Positions 44,604 to 52,888 of a DNA stretch of 64,000 bases are shown here, in pieces. Source of the DNA: Holophaga sp. (GTDB lineage: Bacteria; Acidobacteriota; Holophagae; Holophagales; Holophagaceae); assembly GCA_016715205.1 (NCBI GenBank), contig JADKBC010000017.1:19911-83910 (forward strand), read 5' to 3'. The notes under the pieces are model-generated. The model saw only the letters and a list, made by a program, of their open reading frames with translations, searched no databases and was not told the origin of the DNA. Positions within the stretch are counted from its first letter, which is position 1. Each line of letters begins with the position of its first letter. The translations under genes were made by a program, and so were the position numbers.

Positions 44604-46081
44604 TCACAGTGCGTCTTCCAGCCTTTGGCAAAGGGTTTTGAGGATCTTGATCCGCCCGTAGTACTTGTCTTCGGATTCCACCAGGGTCCAGGGCGCGAAT
44701 TCCGTGGAGGTGCGCTCCAGCATGTCGCAAATGGCGGTTTCGTAGATCTCCCACTTTTCGCGGTTGCGCCAATCTTCGTCGGTGATCTTGAACCGTTTGA
44801 AGCTGGTGACTTGGCGGGCCTCGAAGCGACGGAGCTGTTCCTCCTTCGAGATGGCTACCCAGAACTTCAAGAGGATGGTTCCGCTCTTGGCCATCTGGGC
44901 CTCGAAATCATTGATTTCTCCGTAGGCCCGCATCCAATCGGCCTCGTCACAGAAACCCTCCACCCGTTCCACCAGCACCCGGCCGTACCAACTGCGGTCA
45001 AAAATCTCGACTTTGCCCCGGCTCGGCAAGTGCCGCCAGAAGCGCCAGAGGTAAGGTTGGGCGCGTTCCTCTTCCGTGGGTGCGGCAATGGGCACAATGC
45101 GGCACATGCGGGCATCGATGGCCTGGGTGATGCGGCGAATGCTGCCGCCCTTCCCCGCAGCATCCACGCCTTCAAACACACAAACCACGTTGTGTTTGCT
45201 GAAGTTCCGATGGCGTGTGAGCAAGGCCAGCTTCCCTGGTATTCTTCCAGTTCCTTTTCGTACTGGGCCTTTTCAAGGCTCTTGGTGAGGTCCATTTTCT
45301 GCAGCAAATTCACGCCATCGATCGAGGTAATCGAGGGCGGCGCCTGCACGATGGAAGCTTTGGTACCAGGGTTATCGAGCCGGGCACGCAACTGCTCCAG
45401 AAGAATTTTCCCGACGGTGAGTTTCTGGTAGCGGGGATCCAGCGCCTCCACCACGATCCAGGGGGCCTGGGCCGTGCTGGTGTGGCGAAGGGCGCGTTCG
45501 CTCACTTCCCGGAAGGTGTCGTAGAGCTTGAAGTGCCGCCAGTCCCGTTCGGTCACGCGCCACCGGGTTTTGGGATCGCCTTCCAGCTTCTTCAGCCGCT
45601 TCTTCTGCACATCCTTCGAGAGATGCATCCAGAACTTCAGTACCAGGGCACCTTCATCGATGAGCATCTGCTCGAAGCGCCGCACCAGTTCCATGTCCTG
45701 ATCCAAGCGATCCGAACTGATCTTGTTGTAGGCCCGCTGGAGGATGGGCCAGGAGTACCAACTGCCATCGAAAATCCCGATCTTGCCTTTGGGTGGCAGC
45801 GCCCGCCAGTAGCGCCACATGTACGGCCGTTCCAGTTCTTCATCCGAAGGGTCATCAAAACCGTGGGTTTGGACATGGCGAGGGTCCATCCATTCATTGA
45901 TGGTTGCCACCACGGCACTTTTGCCCGCGCCATCGACACCTGCGATGAGCAACACCACCGGGAACTTCTTGGCCGAAACCAAATCGTACTGGGCATCCAG
46001 AAGGGCTTCCCGGAGAGCCGGGATCTCCCTTTCCCAAACTTCCTTATCGATGCGGTGCCCCAGTTCGGCTGATTCGAACAT
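44604..46081 (-). pseudogene. Two-domain polyphosphate kinase 2 (PPK2, PAP-like) interrupted by a single-base frameshift near 45234-45236
   Basis: The N-domain (46081 to ~45237: GVDGAGKS...WYSWPILQRAYN) and C-domain (from ~45236 to 44604: FEGVDAAGKGG...SWYGRVLVERVEG) are both PPK2-like. The reading ...KELEEYQ|GKLALLTRHRNF... is restored by adding one G to the GGG run (CCC on the + strand). Confidence 0.75.
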
Positions 46082-46137
46082 CGTGCGCTCCTGAGTGGAA
46101 TTGGACGGCTAGGAGCATACCGCCAAGCCGACGGGAT

Positions 46138-47412
46138 TCACCCTCGTTTTTCATCCTCTGGTAGTCCCCAGTGCCGGTACCGAATCAACAGCAGCAGACC
46201 TGGAATCGCCGCAGCCGCGCAAATGAGAAAGTAGGCAGACCAACCCACCCGCTGGGCCAGGAATCCTGTGGCCCCCGCAAACACCGTGCGAGGCAGCGCC
46301 ATCAGGCTGGAAAACAGGGCGTACTGGGTACCCGTGTAGGCGCGGTTGCAACTGCCGAGAAGCAGGGCAGCGAAGGCGCTGCCGCCCATTCCGTAGGCTA
46401 GGTTTTCGAGGGCATTGGCCGCCACCAGCAGGCCGAGGCTCGGGCCCAATTGGGAGATGGTCCAGAACCCGAGAATACTGGCGGCCTGCAACAGCCCAAA
46501 GGCAAATAGCGCCTTGCGCAGACTGATGCGCGTGAGAATCAAACCACCGATGAGTCCGCCGGTTATGATGGCCGCCATGGCTGTGGTTTTCTGCACGGTA
46601 CCCACCTGGGCCAGGGTGAAACCAACCCCCCGCAGCAGGAAGGGCATGGTCATGGCTTCCGCCAGCCAGTCCCCCAGTTTGTAGAGCACGGCGAAGGCCG
46701 CCAATTCAGCGATTCCTGGTCGACCCAGCAGATCCCGAAGGGGTTCCACGATGGCGGCTGCCAAGGTGCGCGGGGCCTTCGCCACAGCATCGGTGTTAGT
46801 GGCCAACAGCGTGCCCGCCATGCCCAGCAGCGTAAGCCCCGCCATGAACAGATACGTGGCTCGCCAGCCTGTGTGTTGCGCCAGGATCAGAGCCCCGCCG
46901 CCACTCACCAACATGGCCACCCGGTAGGTGGCGATGTGGATGCTGCTGCCCAGCCCCAACAGAGCCTGGGGAACTGCCTCGCCGCGCCAGGCATCCACGG
47001 CGATATCGAAGGTGGCCGAGGTGAATGCCACCACCAGGGCCAACAAGGCCACCGAGAGCAAGCTGGCATGGGGCTCTCTGAGCGACATGGCTGCAAGAGC
47101 AAGGGCCATCCCCAGTTGGGTAAGGAGCATCCACCCGCGGCGGCGGCCAAATCCAGGCAAGGTGAAGCGGTCGAGCAGGGGTGCCCAAAACACCTTCAGG
47201 CTGTAAGGCAAAGTGACAAAACTGAAGGCCCCGATGGTCTTGAGGTTCAGGCCTTCCTGGGTCATCCAGGCTTTCAAGGTCGAACCCGTGAGGAATAGCG
47301 GCAGACCCGACGCAAAGCCCAGGAGAAGGAGTGATATCCAGGCCCGCGGACTCAGCGCACGAAAGGTGCGCATCCAGGTGGAGATACCTTCGGCTCGTGG
47401 TGGTGTTTCCAT
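46138..47412 (-). CDS. ampG: AmpG-family MFS muropeptide transporter
   Basis: 12+ TM MFS protein. The N-terminal LLLGFASGLPLFLTGSTLKAWM...LKVFWAPLLDRF is AmpG-like. Confidence 0.75.
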   Translation of the reverse strand: METPPRAEGISTWMRTFRALSPRAWISLLLLGFASGLPLFLTGSTLKAWMTQEGLNLKTIGAFSFVTLPYSLKVFWAPLLDRFTLPGFGRRRGWMLLTQLGMALALAAMSLREPHASLLSVALLALVVAFTSATFDIAVDAWRGEAVPQALLGLGSSIHIATYRVAMLVSGGGALILAQHTGWRATYLFMAGLTLLGMAGTLLATNTDAVAKAPRTLAAAIVEPLRDLLGRPGIAELAAFAVLYKLGDWLAEAMTMPFLLRGVGFTLAQVGTVQKTTAMAAIITGGLIGGLILTRISLRKALFAFGLLQAASILGFWTISQLGPSLGLLVAANALENLAYGMGGSAFAALLLGSCNRAYTGTQYALFSSLMALPRTVFAGATGFLAQRVGWSAYFLICAAAAIPGLLLLIRYRHWGLPEDEKRG

Positions 47413-47443
47413 CCTTCGAGCATGGCAGGAGGCTCGATTGACG

Positions 47444-47713
47444 TCAGGCCTTCAGATCCAGGGCGGAACCAAGAATCTCGTTGGCGGTCTGGATCACTTT
47501 CAGGTTGGCTTTGTAGGCGCCAGCCTGGACCTTCAAATTGGTCAGCTCCGTTGCCAGATCTGGGCTGGGAACCAAGTTGGGTAAGGAGTTGCCCTGATCC
47601 GCGCGGGTGGCTCTGAAATCCGGTGTGGCCCCGTTGGCAATGTTATTCGCCGTACCGGCGATCCCCGATGAAGCCGCCCTTAAGCCTGATAGCCCCGTTG
47701 ACATCAGATCCAT
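47444..47713 (-). CDS. 89-aa protein carrying only flagellar rod/hook (axial family) N- and C-terminal motifs
   Basis: The N-terminus LSGLRAASSGIAGTANNIANGAT is close to the Flg_bb_rod signature. The C-terminus DLATELTNLKVQAGAYKANLKVIQTANEILGSALDL resembles the Flg_bbr_C motif. GAGG lies 6 nt upstream of ATG 47713. Confidence 0.6.
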   Translation of the reverse strand: MDLMSTGLSGLRAASSGIAGTANNIANGATPDFRATRADQGNSLPNLVPSPDLATELTNLKVQAGAYKANLKVIQTANEILGSALDLKA

Positions 47714-47779
47714 GGCGCACCTCGCTCGAATCCAGCATAGGCCAAGGCTCCCTGCCCACAAGAGGCAGGAATGCCCCAG

Positions 47780-48400
47780 CTACTTAAAGATGGTTGCGCT
47801 TTTCATCACCTGGGGCGAGAGGGTGACCCCGCTGCTTTTCAGGGCTGTGGCATTGATCTCCAAACGCGTGCGACCTTCCACGGGCGCCAAATTCACAATG
47901 ACACCCCGGCTGGCAAACCCCGGCGTGTCACCGATGGTAATGATTGGCTTGCCCCTGAGCCCCGCCAGAATGCTCCCAAGGTTTTCCTCCGAGGTTTCAG
48001 GGATGAACAAGACATCACACTGACCCAACTGGGAAATCCCTCGAAAAAAACGAACCTTCAGTGGCCGCCCCTTGATAACCAGATTCCCGAGCTCCTTGGG
48101 CAAATAGTCACCAAAGGGAGAAGGTTCCATGACTGCCACCACCAGGGCTTGGCCGCTTTCCCCCATGGGCCATTCTAGGTAATCCAGCAGTTTGCGAATG
48201 ATTTGCGCTTTGACCAAATACTCGGGCTTGGATTGGGGATCAGCCATCGCCAAGTTGGCGGTGAAGGCAGGGGCCACCAAGGCCGGAGGGAGGATCAGCA
48301 GGGGGAGCACAGGCGTAGCTTTCGCATAGCTTATCGCTGAATACCTTGAATTCCTGAACTCTGGATCAGGCGTACCACGTGCTGCCGCTCTCGAAGCCAT
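47780..48400 (-). CDS. YfiR/DUF4154-family periplasmic protein
   Basis: EYLVKAQIIRKLLDYLEWP...CDVLFIPET...PIITIGDTPGFASRGVIVNL...RLEINATALKSSGVTLSPQVM follows the DUF4154 pattern. The start is uncertain because ATG 48400 overlaps the ddl 3' end by 35 nt. Confidence 0.75.
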   Translation of the reverse strand: MASRAAARGTPDPEFRNSRYSAISYAKATPVLPLLILPPALVAPAFTANLAMADPQSKPEYLVKAQIIRKLLDYLEWPMGESGQALVVAVMEPSPFGDYLPKELGNLVIKGRPLKVRFFRGISQLGQCDVLFIPETSEENLGSILAGLRGKPIITIGDTPGFASRGVIVNLAPVEGRTRLEINATALKSSGVTLSPQVMKSATIFK

Positions 48401-49451
48401 GGGATTTTTGTTTCATTTGCTGATGACGGGCCAGGGCAAGTTCGATGAGTCGATTGAGCAGTTCGGGATAGGGAATGCCGGAGGCTTCCATGAGCTTGGG
48501 ATACATGGAAATGCTGGTGAAGCCGGGAATCAGATTGATCTCGTTCAAGAGAATGCGATTGGTGCCGCGCTCCAGGAAGAAATCCATGCGGGCCATGCCA
48601 TAGGCATCCAGGCTGCGGAAGGCTGCACGGGCATAGGTGCGCAGCCGCTCGGCCAAGCCCCCGGGCAGTTCGGCGGGAATTGAGGTGGAACTCTTACCGT
48701 CCAGGTACTTGTCCTTGAAATCGTAGAACTCTCCAGCCACGAGGACTTCACCGGGAACGCTGACAAAGGGTTCGTCGCCCCCCAACACGGCGATTTCAAT
48801 TTCCCGGGCATCGATTCCGCGCTCCACCAGCACCCGACGGTCGAATTTCAGGGCATCCTCGATGGCGTCGGCGATCTGGTCGAAGTCTTTTACCTTCTGG
48901 ATGCCGATGCTGCTACCGGTGTTGGCTGGCTTCACGAACACCGGCAGACCCAGGGCCCGCACCGACCGAAGCGCCTCCTCGGGCGAGCGGCGCCATTGTT
49001 CCTCGGTCAACCCGACGTAAGGCCCCACGGGCAGGCCCTCGGATTCCCAGATGCGCTTGGTGATCCATTTGTCCATGCCTGCTGCCATGGCCAGCAGCCC
49101 TGCTCCGGTATAGGGGCGGTGCAGCAGTTCGAGATAGCCCTGCAACTGGCCGTCCTCTCCGCCCGCCCCATGGATGGCGTTGAAAAAGACATCGGGCAAT
49201 TGCATTTGCTCGGCGCCCTTCTCTAGGGGAAGAAACGCATGTTCGCTCCGCTCAGGCTGCTCCCCCGCCGATAGCCGCGCGAAGGGATCGCCAAGCATGA
49301 CCCAGACGCCGTTGCGGGCGATCCCCATGGGCCGCACTTCGAAGCGCATCGGGTCCAAGTGCTTCGCAATACTCTTGGCCGTGACAATGGAGACTTCGTG
49401 CTCCGGGGATTCCCCACCAAAAAGGAGGCCGACGATCATAAGATTTGCCAT
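48366..49451 (-). CDS. ddl: D-alanine--D-alanine ligase
   Basis: IVGLLFGGESPEHEVS N-terminus and ATP-grasp core (LGLPVFVKPANTGSSIGI, EINLIPGFT). The start was trimmed to ATG 49451. Confidence 0.92.
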   Translation of the reverse strand: MANLMIVGLLFGGESPEHEVSIVTAKSIAKHLDPMRFEVRPMGIARNGVWVMLGDPFARLSAGEQPERSEHAFLPLEKGAEQMQLPDVFFNAIHGAGGEDGQLQGYLELLHRPYTGAGLLAMAAGMDKWITKRIWESEGLPVGPYVGLTEEQWRRSPEEALRSVRALGLPVFVKPANTGSSIGIQKVKDFDQIADAIEDALKFDRRVLVERGIDAREIEIAVLGGDEPFVSVPGEVLVAGEFYDFKDKYLDGKSSTSIPAELPGGLAERLRTYARAAFRSLDAYGMARMDFFLERGTNRILLNEINLIPGFTSISMYPKLMEASGIPYPELLNRLIELALARHQQMKQKSHGFESGSTWYA

Positions 49452-49490
49452 GAAGAGAGGATACTCTGGGAGGTCTTCTCCGGAGCAAGC

Positions 49491-49985
49491 GTGCTGAAAG
49501 CCATCTATCCAGGTTCCTTTGATCCCGTAACCCTGGGGCACTGGGACCTAATCCAGCGGGCCGAAAAGCTGGTGGATCGCCTCGTGGTTGCGGTGCTGCA
49601 CAACCCAGCCAAGCATCCCGCCTTCAGCGTGGCGGAACGGGTGGATTTCCTGCGGGAACTGGTGGCGCCCTACGACAACGTGGAGGTGACCACCTTCCAT
49701 GGGTTGCTAGTGGATTTTGCCCGGGAGCAGGAAGCCCAGTGCATCATTCGCGGCGTGCGGGCCTTCAGTGATTTCGAATACGAATTCCAGATGGCCCTGA
49801 TGAACCGCAAACTGCACCCCGATCTGGAGACGGTGTTCCTCATGCCCAAGGAAGAATTCAGCGTGCTCTCCAGCCGCATGGTTCGCGAGGTTGGCATGAT
49901 GGGCGGGGATATTTCAGGGTTTGTGCCCGAACCCTTGCGGGAACGCATCGCAGCGCGCCTTCGGAATCCTGGGAACTACGCCTAG
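49491..49985 (+). CDS. coaD: Phosphopantetheine adenylyltransferase
   Basis: KAIYPGSFDPVTLGHWDLI (HxGH-type motif) and the C-terminal SSRMVREV. The GTG start at 49491 lies 5 nt after GGAG. The upstream part of the track ORF is antisense to ddl. Confidence 0.88.
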   Translation: MLKAIYPGSFDPVTLGHWDLIQRAEKLVDRLVVAVLHNPAKHPAFSVAERVDFLRELVAPYDNVEVTTFHGLLVDFAREQEAQCIIRGVRAFSDFEYEFQMALMNRKLHPDLETVFLMPKEEFSVLSSRMVREVGMMGGDISGFVPEPLRERIAARLRNPGNYA

Positions 49986-50392
49986 AAGCCGGTGGCAAGG
50001 TAGCGGCGGACTTCCTCTTCCAGTGCATCCAGGCGTGAAGGATCCGTGGACGCCACAAAGATCGTGTCGTGACCGGCCACGCTGCCTGCCAAAGAGGGGA
50101 GCTGCGCGGCATCAAGTGCCACGGCCAGAGCCTGGGCCGAGCCCACATGGGTGCGAATGATCAGCAGGCAGGGGAGCACTTTGCGCAGGCTGACCGGTTG
50201 GGTCACGGCCCTGGCGGGCTGGGCCATGCGATAAAAACCCCGCTCCTTGCGCACATTCAGCTTTTTCATGCGTCGTGAAAGGGTCGACAGGGTCAGCTCA
50301 AAGCCCTCGGCTCGGAGGAGTCCGAGCAGCACACTTTGATCCCCGATTTCGCGGGAACCCAAAAAGCGAAGAATGGCGTCGTCCAAGCGCAT
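49982..50392 (-). CDS. argR: Arginine repressor ArgR
   Basis: N-terminal winged helix (STLSRRMKKLNV) and a C-terminal oligomerisation/arginine-binding domain with GSVAGHDTIFV (compare GTIAGDDTIF in E. coli). Confidence 0.8.
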   Translation of the reverse strand: MRLDDAILRFLGSREIGDQSVLLGLLRAEGFELTLSTLSRRMKKLNVRKERGFYRMAQPARAVTQPVSLRKVLPCLLIIRTHVGSAQALAVALDAAQLPSLAGSVAGHDTIFVASTDPSRLDALEEEVRRYLATGF

Positions 50393-50397
50393 GGTTC

Positions 50398-50558
50398 AAA
50401 TTTGCGCAAATTTGCACCGGTTTGCAAGCACTGGAATTGTCAGGAAATTGGAAATTTTTTGAAAACCAAGGAAACAAGCTTGACGAAGCAGAAGAAGAAA
50501 CGCACTATTTGCATCAGTGGTATGGAATTTCCAGCAATTTGCATTTTTTCATGCAAAT
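50398..50558. promoter_or_regulatory. AT-rich operator/promoter region with phased TTTGC(A/G) repeats and two palindromes
   Basis: A 16-bp perfect palindrome AAATTTGCGCAAATTT lies at 50398-50413, 5 bp upstream of the argR ATG. TTTGCG/TTTGCA/TTTGCA occur at 50401, 50411 and 50421 (10-bp phasing). The inverted repeat ATTTGCAT-N6-ATGCAAAT lies at 50537-50558. A possible +-strand promoter is TTGACG (50480-50485), 17-nt spacer, CACTAT. Confidence 0.5.
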
Positions 50559-50612
50559 CTGCACATCCTACCCCCTCGACATCAGCCTTCCCGCTTGGGA
50601 AATGGAGGCCCC

Positions 50613-50792
50613 GTGAAAGGTCAGCAGACCACCCAGAAACAGGTGCCAGCCCTCAGTTCTCCGCAACGTAGAATCCCGACCACCTCATCACCCCGCTGCA
50701 GCCGCAGTGTGTGCGGTGGTTCCACCTGCCCCGGCTGGCGCTTCTGCACTCCCGCCACAGCTTTTGCCGGTGTCCACGTTCAGCTGCACTAG
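50613..50792 (+). CDS. Possible 59-aa Cys-rich small protein
   Basis: The GTG at 50613 lies 4 nt after GGAGG (50604-50608). Translation is MKGQQTTQKQVPALSSPQRRIPTTSSPRCSRSVCGGSTCPGWRFCTPATAFAGVHVQLH. It is the only plausible ORF in the 396-bp gap, and its stop overlaps the recG stop (CTAG). Coding status is unproven. Confidence 0.3.
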   Translation: MKGQQTTQKQVPALSSPQRRIPTTSSPRCSRSVCGGSTCPGWRFCTPATAFAGVHVQLH

Positions 50793-52888
50793 CTGATTTC
50801 CGCCAACTTCAGGCGTGCCTGTTCCTGGCGTAACCACACCAACTGCCCTTCGCTCAGGCCCCTGGCCAAGGTGGTCTCAGCAACGTCACGGCACGTCCCC
50901 AGGAGCTTGCGATCCCGCAGGAGGTCGGCCACCTGAAACTGGGGAATGCCCGATTGCCGGGTGCCAAAGAATTCGCCAGGCCCCCGCAATTCTAGATCTT
51001 TCTGGGCAATGCGGAACCCATCCTGGGTTTCCACCAAGGCCCGCAGCCGCTCTGTCTCTGCGCCGCTGATCATCAGGAAATGGCTCCGGGCCGAGCCGCG
51101 CCCCACCCGCCCCCGAAGCTGGTGAAGCTGGCTGAGGCCAAAGCGTTCCGCATGATCCACCACCATCACCGTGGCATTGGCAACATCCACACCCACTTCG
51201 ATGACCGTGGTGGCGAGCAGGATTTTCACTTCGCCTGAGACAAAACGCCCCATGCGAATCGCCATTTCATCGGCCTTCAGGCGACCATGGACCACCTCCA
51301 AGGGCACCTCGGGAAACCGCGCCCGCAGTAGGGCTTCCATGGCCTGGATATCCCGCAGGGGAACCTTCGCTTCATCCATGGGGTCGATGGCCGGGCTCAC
51401 CACATAGGCCTGATGACCCTTGGCCAATTCGCGCGCCACCGCGTCCCAGGCTCGCTCCGCAGCATCAGGTTCGAGCAGTCTGGTATCAATGGGCTGGCGC
51501 CCTGGTGGCAATTCATCCAGCACAGATTGTTCCAAATCGCCAAAGACGGCCAGTGCCAGACTGCGCGGAATGGGCGTGGCACTCATCACCAACCAATGGG
51601 GATCCATTCCCTTTTCTTTCAAACTTTCACGCTGCTTTACCCCAAAGCGATGCTGCTCATCCACCACCACCAATTGAAGTCTGTCGAAACTTACGGCCTC
51701 TTGAAAAATGGCGTGGGTGCCAATGATGTATCGGGCTTCTCCACGGGCGATGCGAGCCAGGGCCTCCCGTTTTTCGGCTGCCTTCATGGGCCCCAGCAGC
51801 AGTTGCATGCGGCTGGCTTCCTCGCCGAGCAACCGGGCAAAGGTGGTCGCGTGCTGGCGTGCCAGAACCTCCGTCGGCGCCAACAGCGCAGCCTGGCCAC
51901 TGGTCTCGGCCACCATGGCCATGGCCAGGAAGGCCACCAGGGTCTTGCCGCTACCCACATCCCCCTGCAGCAACCGGTGCATCACCCGACCTGAGGTCAA
52001 ATCCTCCACAATTTCCTTGAAGGCCCGACGTTGTGCGCCGGTAAGGTGGAAGGGCAAAAAGGCCCGCAACTTTTCCCGCAGTTCAGGGTTGGTGGGCACC
52101 ACAATGCCGCGCCGTTTCATGCGACCTGCCCGACGAAGGCTGACGCCCATGGCAAACGCAAAAAGCTCTTCGGTAGCCAGGCGCACATGAGCTGGGGTGC
52201 TCCGAGCCTCCAAATCCCTGGCGTCCGCCTCATCGGGCGGTTGGTGCAACATGCGCAGCGCACTGATCTGGTCTGGTAGCCCCTTGGCCAGCTCGATCGG
52301 CAGCCAATCATCCGGAGCATGCACCTTGCCAAGGGCATCCTGGACAAACCGGCTCCGGATCCGCCCCGTGATAGGGCCGAGCTTGCGATAAAGGGGAAGA
52401 TACCGCTGTACCCAGGGTTCCTCAGGGGTATTGCCCCGCCCCATCACTTCCAAGGCTGGGCCACGCATCTCTAGCCCATGGCGCCCCAGGGAAAGGGCTC
52501 CAAATACCAGCAAGCGATCACCCACCTTCAGCAGGCGTCCCAGGTAAGGCTGATTGAACCAGACCAGCCGCAAGACGCCACTGGCGTCCTCAAGTAATGC
52601 TTCGGTAAGGTTCATGCGCTGAACCCGGGTGGTGCTCTGCCGCAAATCCTTGAGGGTTCCCATGACGGTCACGATTTCCCGGTCCCCGCCTGGCCGGTGC
52701 CAGCGATCCAACTCCGCGATCTTGAGCAGTGAACCTCGATCCACATACCTGTATGGAAGAGACCAGAGCAGATCACGAACGGTCTCGAATCCAGCCTCCG
52801 CAAGGATGGTGGCATAGGCGGGGCCGATTCCCCGGAGGGCTGTCAGCTTGGAGGACAGCGGCAGATAGGCGAGCGAACCCGCGCTCAC
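50789..52888 (-). CDS. recG: ATP-dependent DNA helicase RecG
   Basis: Wedge/OB N-terminus, Walker A GDVGSGKT, DEQHRFG and the C-terminal helicase motif QLHQLRGRVGRG. Confidence 0.93.
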   Translation of the reverse strand: MSAGSLAYLPLSSKLTALRGIGPAYATILAEAGFETVRDLLWSLPYRYVDRGSLLKIAELDRWHRPGGDREIVTVMGTLKDLRQSTTRVQRMNLTEALLEDASGVLRLVWFNQPYLGRLLKVGDRLLVFGALSLGRHGLEMRGPALEVMGRGNTPEEPWVQRYLPLYRKLGPITGRIRSRFVQDALGKVHAPDDWLPIELAKGLPDQISALRMLHQPPDEADARDLEARSTPAHVRLATEELFAFAMGVSLRRAGRMKRRGIVVPTNPELREKLRAFLPFHLTGAQRRAFKEIVEDLTSGRVMHRLLQGDVGSGKTLVAFLAMAMVAETSGQAALLAPTEVLARQHATTFARLLGEEASRMQLLLGPMKAAEKREALARIARGEARYIIGTHAIFQEAVSFDRLQLVVVDEQHRFGVKQRESLKEKGMDPHWLVMSATPIPRSLALAVFGDLEQSVLDELPPGRQPIDTRLLEPDAAERAWDAVARELAKGHQAYVVSPAIDPMDEAKVPLRDIQAMEALLRARFPEVPLEVVHGRLKADEMAIRMGRFVSGEVKILLATTVIEVGVDVANATVMVVDHAERFGLSQLHQLRGRVGRGSARSHFLMISGAETERLRALVETQDGFRIAQKDLELRGPGEFFGTRQSGIPQFQVADLLRDRKLLGTCRDVAETTLARGLSEGQLVWLRQEQARLKLAEIS

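Noticed and set aside
50411-50426. TTGCACCGGTTTGCAA resembling a sigma54 -24/-12 promoter (TGGCAC-N5-TTGC)
   Set aside because: The -24 GG is replaced by TG and the spacing is one base short. The element is better explained as part of the 10-bp-phased TTTGCA repeats.
50613-50660. GGTCAGCAGACCACCCAGAAACAGGTGCC as a possible SRP (4.5S) RNA core
   Set aside because: It lacks the conserved GGAAGCAGCC-type apical motif, and I could not fold a convincing long helix by eye. It is kept only as part of the possible small ORF.
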